Shown here: piece after piece, positions 10,105 to 17,827 of the stretch | How the letters are laid out: each line of letters starts with the position of its first letter | Numbering within the stretch: the first letter of the stretch is position 1 | NCBI GenBank assembly: GCA_964507335.1 | Contig: CAZDPK010000003.1 | Coordinates: 1,262 to 65,261 of the forward strand | Origin: an uncultured Anaerolineaceae bacterium | GTDB taxonomy: Bacteria > Chloroflexota > Anaerolineae > Anaerolineales > Anaerolineaceae | DNA length: 64,000 nt | Direction of reading: 5' to 3' | The notes under the pieces: model-generated | Database searches by the model: none | What the model saw: the letters and a program-made list of their open reading frames with translations, nothing else | What the model was told of the DNA's origin: nothing | Position numbers and translations under genes: made by a program

Positions 10105-10568
10105 TGGAAAAATTGCCTGGTAGCAAAGGCTGCTATGTTTGCGGGAGAGAAAACCCGATCTCCTTGAAACTGGAGTTTTTCGTGAATGAAAACGGAGATG
10201 TTATCTCTGAATTCAGTTTTGCTGAAAACTATGCCGGCTTTCCGGGGATGGTCCATGGCGGCAACATTGTGGCAGTTCTTGACGAAACAGCAGGCAGAGC
10301 GCTTACCACCGACGACCCGAATATTTTTATGGTCACAAGCGAATTGAAAGTAAAGTACATCAAACCTGTGCCGACCGACACTCCCCTGGTTGTGATTGGA
10401 AAGTTAGTGAAAAAACGCGGAAGATTGGCGGTCGGACACAGTGAAATACAGACGAAAGATGGTGTTGTTCTGGCAACCTGCGAAGCATTTTTTGTAGAGG
10501 TTACCGAAGAATTAACCCAAGGAGGAGACCTGGAAGAATCCGGGTGGAAGGTGTATCCAGATGACTGA
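10104..10568 (+). CDS. PaaI/4HBT-type hotdog-fold thioesterase with an N-terminal CxxC knuckle
   Basis: CYVCGRENPISLKL...GMVHGGNIVAVLDETAGRA. Its start shares one nucleotide with the upstream stop (TAATG). Confidence 0.8.
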   Translation: MEKLPGSKGCYVCGRENPISLKLEFFVNENGDVISEFSFAENYAGFPGMVHGGNIVAVLDETAGRALTTDDPNIFMVTSELKVKYIKPVPTDTPLVVIGKLVKKRGRLAVGHSEIQTKDGVVLATCEAFFVEVTEELTQGGDLEESGWKVYPDD

Positions 10569-11337
10569 AAAAACAATGCAATACATTCGACCTGTTTCCC
10601 TGGAGGAAGCATTGCTCTTGAAACAAGAATATGGCGACAGGGCAAAATTTCTGCTTGGAGGCGATTTCCGACCCAGGTTGGAGGATAACCTGGAGTTATT
10701 GATCGACCTGCAAGATGCCGGGCTGGACGGGATTGAATGGAACGAAAACGGGATGCAAATTGGTGGGCTGGCTACGCTGAAATCTTTGGAGGAAAACCTT
10801 GAACTACTTGATTTCAGTGAAGCCCTCAGCAATGAGTATGGATTGAATGTACGCAATACCCTCAGCCTTAGCAACTTTTTGGCTCAAACAAACGGGCGTT
10901 CTCCAGTTTTATGTTGTTTGCTCGCGCTCAATGCCAAAGTTGTTTTGCTAAAGAGGGCAGAGGAAATTTTCCTGGCAACGTTTTTACAAGAAAAAATCCA
11001 GGATGATCACGTGATTGAAATTCGAATTCCCAATCCGACTAACCTTGCCTTTGAAAGCGTAGGCAGAAGCCCTAAAGATCTACCGATTGTGTGTGTTGCT
11101 GCAGCAAAATCAGCGGACGGAGCGATCCACGTTGCTGTTGGAGGCAGCGTCGAAGTAAAACCCGGATTCATAATGCAAAACTATGACGATGATGGGTTGA
11201 CTGAGGTCAAAGCTGTTTTAGCAGACGCAGAAGATGAATGGGCTAGTGCAGAGTACCGGCAGGAGGTGGGGGCAGTGCTGCTTTCAAGAACCTTGCAAAA
11301 ACTGCACCTTCAGACAGGATGCCAGGAGGCGAAATGA
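10561..11337 (+). CDS. YgfM-like / CoxM-like flavoprotein subunit of a molybdenum hydroxylase; FAD motifs are degenerate
   Basis: 258 aa with overall CoxM/XdhB architecture (YIRPVSLEEALLL..., C-terminal SAEYRQEVGAVLLSRTL). However, GGDF replaces AGGTDL and LSLSNF replaces GT(I/V)GGN. Confidence 0.7.
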   Translation: MTEKTMQYIRPVSLEEALLLKQEYGDRAKFLLGGDFRPRLEDNLELLIDLQDAGLDGIEWNENGMQIGGLATLKSLEENLELLDFSEALSNEYGLNVRNTLSLSNFLAQTNGRSPVLCCLLALNAKVVLLKRAEEIFLATFLQEKIQDDHVIEIRIPNPTNLAFESVGRSPKDLPIVCVAAAKSADGAIHVAVGGSVEVKPGFIMQNYDDDGLTEVKAVLADAEDEWASAEYRQEVGAVLLSRTLQKLHLQTGCQEAK

Positions 11338-14246
11338 ACTTAACCCTTTTCATTAATCAAAAGGAATACCAAGTTGATATCAGACCAGACGAGAAGCTGC
11401 TCGGTGTTCTGCGCCAGCTTGGCTTCCTGGGCGCAAAATCAGGCGGATGCGTAAAAGGCGAGTGCGGCGCTTGTACGGTTCTAATGGATGGTAATCCAAT
11501 CAACAGCTGCATGTTTTTAGCCGTTCAAGCCCAAGGGCATAAAATCGAAACCATTGAATGCGCTGGTCAGCATCCTCAGCAGGGTTGGAAGAAGACCGAC
11601 GGATATTCCATCCTGCAGCAGGCATTTATCGAAAGTGGTTCGGTACAGTGCGGTTACTGTACGCCAGCGATGATCCTTTCTGCCAAAGCCTTGCTGGATA
11701 AGAATCCTGACCCAACTGAAGCCGAGGTTCGTGATGCCTTATCTGGTGTGCTATGCCGATGTACTGCTTACGTGAAACCGGTTCAGGCTGTTTTAGCTGC
11801 GGCTGAAAGAATCCGTTCACTTGCGAGTTTTGATAGTGTCTCAACTGACATTTCAGCTTACGAACCCGAAATTTTCACACTGGATCAGCGTGAAGGTACT
11901 GTTACGATTGGCAAGTCGGAAATTAAAGTCGACGCTGCCAAATTGGTCCAGGGAAAACCAGCCTTCACTGCCGATTGGCAGCTACCTGACATGTTGTATG
12001 CCAAAGTTTTGGCTTCACCCTATGCCCACGCACGTATTAAAAGCATCGACGCCAGCCAGGCAAGAGCTCTGGAAGGCGTGGCAGCGGTGTTAACCTGGGA
12101 AGACCTTCCACGAGTGGTTCACTCTACGGCTGGTCAGTCAGACCCCATTCCAGGCCCGCTGGATATGTTCTCATTGGATAACAAAGTCCGTTTTGTTGGC
12201 GATCGTGTGGCTATGGTGGCTGCGGAAACCCTGGAGATCGCTGAAAAAGCGCTCAGTCTGATCAAGGTCGATTACGAAGAACTGCCTCCCATTATCGACG
12301 TACGTGAGGCGATGAAACCAGGATCGCCGGTGATTCACGATGAAATTGAATATGTCAATTTTGCTGATTCAGACCCAACCATAAACCTGGCAGCCAAGAT
12401 CCGCATTGATATCAACAATGTTGATAAAGGATTTGCCGAAGCTGATCGGATTTTTGAAGAAGAATACTGGGTTCCCAAAGTTCAGCAAGCCCACATCGAA
12501 CCCCATGTAACCCTGACCTGGTGGGATGAGGACGACCGTCTGGTGGTTCGCACCAGCACTCAGGTGCCCTTCCATGTGCGCCGCATGATCGCGCCGGTGA
12601 TTGGCTTGCCAGTCAAACGCATACGGGTGATCAAACCACGTATTGGTGGTGGTTTTGGCAACAAACAGGAAGTCCTGGTCGAGGACGTAGCCGCCCATCT
12701 GACGATTGCGACTGGAAGACCGGTGCTCTACGAGATGACACGTGAAGAAGAATTTATTGCCTCCCGTTCCAGGCACCCAATGCACATTCGCATGAAGACG
12801 GGTGTGAAAAACGACGGCACCATGACAGCTAATGAAATGTATGCCCTTTCTGATACGGGCGCTTATGGCTGCCACGCTCTTACAGTGACCGGCAATACTG
12901 GTCAAAAATCTATGGGTCTGTACGTGGGTGACGGTGAGTATCGCCAGAAACCAAATATCCGTTTTTACGCAGACATCGTCTACACCAACACACCTCCTTC
13001 TGGTGCCTACCGGGGTTATGGTGTGCCGCAAGGTTATTGGCCTCTTGATCGTCATCTTGAGACAATAGCAAGGGAACTTGGACTGGACCCAATTGAGTTT
13101 CGCCTAAAAAATGCCTTAAGACCAGGTGAGTTCCAACCGTTCAGTACCGCTTGGAATGAAGGGCGCGAACCTGTACCCGAAATCGTGACTACGGTTGGGT
13201 TGGAAGAATGCGTCCGACAGGGTAAGGCTGCCATAGGTTGGGACGAAAAGTTCAAAAACGAAGCCTGGCATTTGGTTGCAGGTAAACCGCACTTGCGTCG
13301 TGGCATTGGTGTCGCGACGGTTATGCAAGGTACGGCAATCCCATACCTGGATATGGGTGGTGCACACATCAAGATCAACGATGACGGCAGCTTCAATTTG
13401 ATGGTTGGCGCTACCGACCTTGGCACAGGCAGTGATACAGCCTTAGCACAAATTGCTGCAGAAGTGTTGGGCGTCAAGGTTGACGATATGATCGTTACCT
13501 CCTCTGACACAGACACAACGCCATTTGATGTCGGTGCTTATGCTTCGTCCACAACATACATCTCTGGAACTGCAGTCATGCGAGCAGCAGAAAAAGTTGC
13601 TGAGCAGGTGAAAGACCGGGCAGCTATCATTTTTGCTGACCGTGGATACGAATATGCCTCTCAAGACATCATCTTGCGCGATAACCATGCCCTTGCACCC
13701 AACGGAGAGCGTGTCAGCATGGCAGAAATCGCCTTGGATTCACTGCATTGGCGTAAGCAGGAGCAGATCATGGCGAGTGCTTCTTACGTTTCCCCAAATT
13801 CCCCACCTCCTTTTGCAGCACAGTTTGCAACAGTTTTGGTCGACATTGAAACAGGACAAGTTACGGTCGAGGATTTGATAATGGCGGTCGATTCCGGTGT
13901 GATCATCAACCCGATTTCGGCTTCCGGGCAGATTGAAGGCGGTATTGCCCAGGCGTTAGGTTATGGCGTATGCGAAGAGATGGTCTATGATGCCGACGGT
14001 CAGCCTCGGGAAAAAGACCTGGTTGATTATCACATTTTCAGAGCCGATGAAATGCCAAAAATCCGCTCACTTTTTGTACAAACCTACGAAGAGACCGGTC
14101 CTTTCGGTGCTAAAGCTGTGGCTGAGATTCCGCTTGATGGAGCTGCTCCGGCAATTGGTAATGCCGTGGTGGATGCCTGTGGGGCGAGCATTTTGGACAA
14201 TCCTGTTACCCCTGAAAAGATTTGGCGAGCCTTAAATAAGAAATGA
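11334..14246 (+). CDS. xdhD: XdhD-like molybdenum hydroxylase: N-terminal [2Fe-2S] module fused to the molybdopterin-binding subunit
   Basis: GGCVKGECGACTVLMDG, QCGYCTPAMI and LCRCTAY are the two 2Fe-2S clusters. These are followed by the a/b-hammerhead and Moco domains (IGGGFGNKQE, GAYRGYGVPQG, FGAKAVAEIP). About 970 aa. ATGA overlap with the upstream gene. Confidence 0.85.
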   Translation: MNLTLFINQKEYQVDIRPDEKLLGVLRQLGFLGAKSGGCVKGECGACTVLMDGNPINSCMFLAVQAQGHKIETIECAGQHPQQGWKKTDGYSILQQAFIESGSVQCGYCTPAMILSAKALLDKNPDPTEAEVRDALSGVLCRCTAYVKPVQAVLAAAERIRSLASFDSVSTDISAYEPEIFTLDQREGTVTIGKSEIKVDAAKLVQGKPAFTADWQLPDMLYAKVLASPYAHARIKSIDASQARALEGVAAVLTWEDLPRVVHSTAGQSDPIPGPLDMFSLDNKVRFVGDRVAMVAAETLEIAEKALSLIKVDYEELPPIIDVREAMKPGSPVIHDEIEYVNFADSDPTINLAAKIRIDINNVDKGFAEADRIFEEEYWVPKVQQAHIEPHVTLTWWDEDDRLVVRTSTQVPFHVRRMIAPVIGLPVKRIRVIKPRIGGGFGNKQEVLVEDVAAHLTIATGRPVLYEMTREEEFIASRSRHPMHIRMKTGVKNDGTMTANEMYALSDTGAYGCHALTVTGNTGQKSMGLYVGDGEYRQKPNIRFYADIVYTNTPPSGAYRGYGVPQGYWPLDRHLETIARELGLDPIEFRLKNALRPGEFQPFSTAWNEGREPVPEIVTTVGLEECVRQGKAAIGWDEKFKNEAWHLVAGKPHLRRGIGVATVMQGTAIPYLDMGGAHIKINDDGSFNLMVGATDLGTGSDTALAQIAAEVLGVKVDDMIVTSSDTDTTPFDVGAYASSTTYISGTAVMRAAEKVAEQVKDRAAIIFADRGYEYASQDIILRDNHALAPNGERVSMAEIALDSLHWRKQEQIMASASYVSPNSPPPFAAQFATVLVDIETGQVTVEDLIMAVDSGVIINPISASGQIEGGIAQALGYGVCEEMVYDADGQPREKDLVDYHIFRADEMPKIRSLFVQTYEETGPFGAKAVAEIPLDGAAPAIGNAVVDACGASILDNPVTPEKIWRALNKK

Positions 14247-14253
14247 GCTGTTA

Positions 14254-15627
14254 ATGGAAAAAGGAATATATCAGAAGAAATCGTCCGATCGAATTTACGT
14301 AACAGGTCACATCAACCCTGATACTGACTCCATTGCATCAGCGATTGGTTACGCCTGGCTGCTTAATGAACGAGATGGGGAACCGACAGTGGCAAGTCGG
14401 GCTGGTGCGATAAACATGCAAACTCTGTTCGTGCTAAAGACTCTCGCGATCGAACCGCCTGTGCTCCTTACCGATGCCAGCCCTCGCTTTGATTCGGTTA
14501 TGCGGCGGTTGGATGTGGTTTCGCCAGAAAAATCACTTAATGAGGCCTGGACAATCCTCTCAAGAACCGGTGGCATTGCGCCGGTCGTAAACGACGATGG
14601 CACACCTTATGGCATGGTCACTGGCAGCAGCATGTTCGATTTCTTACGAAAAATTATTGGACCGCATCCCAAATTTCGAGATATGACCATCTCAGAGATG
14701 CTGGATATCCAGTGCCGGGAAGCTGCCACGCGCAATATTCCGAAATTCCAACCCCAGACCCGAATCAAAGATGTTATAAACCGTCTGCTTCGGCAGGAGT
14801 TCAACGAGTACTGGGTAGTGGATGAAAACAATCGTTATTTGGGCATAACCCGTCAGCGCGACATCGTCAACCCCCCACGAATCAAGGTAATTTTGGTCGA
14901 TCATAACGAACCTCAGCAATCGATTGCCTCTTTGGAAGAGAGCGAATTGCTTGAAATCCTTGATCATCATCGGCTCGGTAACCAATCTACGCACAATCCA
15001 ATTAAATTTACGGTAGATATTGTTGGCAGCACCTCAACCCTGGTATCTGAACAGATTTCTGAAGCTGGTTTGAGCGCGCCGCCAAATGTCGCCGGATTAT
15101 TGCTGGCAGGCTTGCTTTCCGATACGCTTATCCTGTCCTCACCGACAACTACTGCACGAGACAAGGCCATTGCCAACGTACTTGCTCGCTGGGCGTTTGT
15201 TCCTGGTTCGCCTCTGGAAAACGAAAACATCCAGAGCTGGGGTGAAAGCATCATCCATGCTGGCGCTGGATTGTTAACGCAGGAGCCGGATGTGATCGTC
15301 AGGACGGATATGAAGGTCTACGAAAACGGCGGATTTAAGTTTGCAGTCGCCCAGGTTGAAACTACCGATTTGTACCAGATTGGTGAATATGTTGATCCAT
15401 TAAGGAAGGCGTTGGTCGGTCTGAATAAGGAACAAGGGCTCGATTTTGCCGGTCTGATGGTAACTGATGTGGTTGAGGGTTCCAGTCGGTTGGTTTTTGT
15501 GGATGCCCCACCGGCTTTGGACGAATTACCTTACGAACCCCTGCCCGATGGAACGGTTTTAGCGGATGGCGTTGTTTCTCGCAAGAAGCAGTTGTTGCCG
15601 ATCATTTTATCTTTACTTGAGGTGTAA
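14254..15627 (+). CDS. CBS-domain-containing family II (DHH/DHHA2) inorganic pyrophosphatase
   Basis: YVTGHINPDTDSIASAIGYAWL, a CBS pair inserted at about aa 70-200, then ILVDHNE, ILDHHRLG and a DHHA2-like C-terminus. Confidence 0.8.
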   Translation: MEKGIYQKKSSDRIYVTGHINPDTDSIASAIGYAWLLNERDGEPTVASRAGAINMQTLFVLKTLAIEPPVLLTDASPRFDSVMRRLDVVSPEKSLNEAWTILSRTGGIAPVVNDDGTPYGMVTGSSMFDFLRKIIGPHPKFRDMTISEMLDIQCREAATRNIPKFQPQTRIKDVINRLLRQEFNEYWVVDENNRYLGITRQRDIVNPPRIKVILVDHNEPQQSIASLEESELLEILDHHRLGNQSTHNPIKFTVDIVGSTSTLVSEQISEAGLSAPPNVAGLLLAGLLSDTLILSSPTTTARDKAIANVLARWAFVPGSPLENENIQSWGESIIHAGAGLLTQEPDVIVRTDMKVYENGGFKFAVAQVETTDLYQIGEYVDPLRKALVGLNKEQGLDFAGLMVTDVVEGSSRLVFVDAPPALDELPYEPLPDGTVLADGVVSRKKQLLPIILSLLEV

Positions 15628-16394
15628 TGAAGGAACTATACGAAAAATTGTACGAAGCAACCAAGTCAGGACAACCAGTATGTCTGTGTATAGTAATTGA
15701 AACCAAGGGTGCCGTTCCGCGGCATGCAGGCAGCAAGATGCTGGTCTATCCGAATGGGCTGACATTTGGCTCAGTTGGTGGTGGGCAAGTTGAGAATGAG
15801 ACTGTGGAAGCTGCTTTTCGAGCCTTGAAAACGGGCCAACCGGAGATTGTTCGTTACACGCTTGACCCGAAACAACAAAATGCAGTCGGAGTATGCGGCG
15901 GTGATGTGACGGTGTATGTAGAACCTCAGTCTGTCCGCCCGATTTTGTTGATCCTGGGTGCGGGTCATGTTGGACGTTCGATGGCGAAATTTGCCCAGCT
16001 GCTTGATTTCAGGGTGATTGTATCTGATGACCGGGCTGATCTTTGCACCAGTGAACAGATCCCTGGCGATGTCGAGTTTCTGCCAATCCCGATGCAAGAA
16101 ATTCCAGCCTATGTTGACATCAATGAGCAGGTCTACATCGTGGGTGTCACCCGCGGTAGCGACGTAGATATTATAGGTTTGCCAGCAATTCTGCAGCACA
16201 CACCGGCATACATCGGGCTGATTGGCTCGTTGAAGCGTTGGGGTACCACCAAAAAAGCCCTACTTGAGCAAGGTATCGCCAGGGAAAAAATCGAACTGAT
16301 CAAATCACCAATTGGAATTGACATCGAAGCCGAAACACCGGATGAGATTGCTATCAGCATTTTGGCTGAGGTTATCCAGGCCCGGAATAGTTAA
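15627..16394 (+). CDS. xdhC: XdhC/CoxI-family molybdenum-hydroxylase maturation factor
   Basis: XdhC_CoxI N-domain (CLCIVIETKGAVPRHAGSKMLV...GSVGGGQVE) followed by a Rossmann part (LILGAGHVGRSMAKFA). Confidence 0.85.
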   Translation: MKELYEKLYEATKSGQPVCLCIVIETKGAVPRHAGSKMLVYPNGLTFGSVGGGQVENETVEAAFRALKTGQPEIVRYTLDPKQQNAVGVCGGDVTVYVEPQSVRPILLILGAGHVGRSMAKFAQLLDFRVIVSDDRADLCTSEQIPGDVEFLPIPMQEIPAYVDINEQVYIVGVTRGSDVDIIGLPAILQHTPAYIGLIGSLKRWGTTKKALLEQGIAREKIELIKSPIGIDIEAETPDEIAISILAEVIQARNS

Positions 16395-16414
16395 TTTACC
16401 TCCAGGAGGCACCT

Positions 16415-17827
16415 ATGTGGAAGAACTATCACATGCCAGAATCGGTTGAGCAGGTGATTGACCTGTTGAGCCGGGCAGGCAGCCAGACAAAGATCATCGC
16501 AGGAGGAACCGACCTGATGATCGAAATTCGGGATGGCAAATGGCCGGGCTTGGAGGATGTTATCGACATTACCAGAGTTCGTGGTCTTGACAGCATCTAC
16601 CAGGATGAAGAGGGTTTGGTACATATCCAGGCCAATGTGACTCATAATGATGTTCTCAAGTCAGATTTGATTCGTGAAACAGGGTCGCCTCTTTACCAGG
16701 CTTGTTACCGGGTTTCATCACCGCAATTGCGCAATCGCGCAACTGTGGTTGGTAACCTGGTGACCGCTTCTCCAGCCAATGACACAATTACCCCCTTGAT
16801 GGCAATGGATGCCAGCCTCGTGTTGGTCTCTGGCAGAGGAGAGAGACATGTACGATTGAACGAGTTTTACCTTGGTTTGCGAAAAAGTGTGAAACAACCT
16901 GATGAACTGGTTAGCGAGATTATCTTTCAACCGTTGGAAGCCACTCAAAAAGGCAGCTTCATCAAACAAGCACTGAGGAAAACCCAGGCAATTGCTACCT
17001 TGAATTGCTGCGTGCTGCTTGACATCCATGATGGCTTGATTGTGAATGCCGCTGTAACGATGGGTTCTGTGGCACCGACTGTCATCCATTCGATTGCAGC
17101 TGAAGAGTTCCTACATGGCAAAAGTTTGAGTGCAGAGACAGCCAGAAGAGCTTCTGAATTAGCAGCTCTCGATACAAGGACAATCAGCGATCTGCGAGGT
17201 GGTGCCGATTATCGCAAGTACATGATGCAGGTGATCGTTGAAGATGCCCTAAAGGAACTGATTGATAATCGACAGGATCTAAAAGTTCCTGAAAATCCTG
17301 TCACCTTGAGCCAGGGGGCAGGCTGGCAAGCCGTTCCAGATGGAACATGGGACCAGGAGCATATCTCGACTACCATCAATGGACAACCCATGCAATTTGG
17401 GGGAGAAATTAAGGGTACCCTTCTAAATTTCGTTCGGGAGCGTGTAGGTTATAGTGGACCAAAGCCTGGTTGTGAGGAAGGCGAGTGTGGAGCCTGCACA
17501 ATGTACCTGGATGGCAAGGCTGTGGTCAGCTGCCTGGTGCCTGCTCCGAGAGCGCATATGGCGACTATCACAACCGTTGAGGGTCTGGCAGATGAAGGTC
17601 AACTTCACCCGGTTCAACAACAGTTTATCAAGCATGGTGCGGTGCAATGCGGCTACTGTACCCCTGGTTTTGTGATGGCAGCTGCAAAATTAATGGAAGA
17701 AAAACCTCATCCAACGGAAGAAGAAATCAAGGATGGGATCTCAGGCAACTTGTGTCGGTGTACTGGCTATTACAAAATTATTCAAGCAATCGAAGCAGCT
17801 TGCCAGGATGACGGAGGTGCGCAATGA
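16415..17827 (+). CDS. Molybdenum hydroxylase electron-transfer subunit: FAD-binding (CoxM-like) domain fused N-terminal to a [2Fe-2S] (CoxS-like) domain
   Basis: Canonical IIAGGTDLM and RNRATVVGNL FAD motifs. C-terminal part has GCEEGECGACTMYLDG, QCGYCTPGFV and LCRCTGY. Confidence 0.88.
   Translation: MWKNYHMPESVEQVIDLLSRAGSQTKIIAGGTDLMIEIRDGKWPGLEDVIDITRVRGLDSIYQDEEGLVHIQANVTHNDVLKSDLIRETGSPLYQACYRVSSPQLRNRATVVGNLVTASPANDTITPLMAMDASLVLVSGRGERHVRLNEFYLGLRKSVKQPDELVSEIIFQPLEATQKGSFIKQALRKTQAIATLNCCVLLDIHDGLIVNAAVTMGSVAPTVIHSIAAEEFLHGKSLSAETARRASELAALDTRTISDLRGGADYRKYMMQVIVEDALKELIDNRQDLKVPENPVTLSQGAGWQAVPDGTWDQEHISTTINGQPMQFGGEIKGTLLNFVRERVGYSGPKPGCEEGECGACTMYLDGKAVVSCLVPAPRAHMATITTVEGLADEGQLHPVQQQFIKHGAVQCGYCTPGFVMAAAKLMEEKPHPTEEEIKDGISGNLCRCTGYYKIIQAIEAACQDDGGAQ

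Noticed and set aside
12369-13055. Long antisense ORFs in the six-frame track. These include 12369-13055 (228 aa), 19994-20674 (226 aa), 6216-6863 (215 aa), 36555-37181 (208 aa), 55714-56280 (188 aa), 37302-37853 (183 aa), 35155-35691 (178 aa) and 47415-47918 (167 aa).
   Set aside because: Each lies entirely opposite a CDS with strong family motifs (xdhD-like, mocA plus the Mo subunit, npdG/cofE, smc, thiolase, thrC-like, ftsZ). Each also has the Arg/Ser/Cys/Leu-rich composition typical of antisense frames, and none has a recognisable motif.
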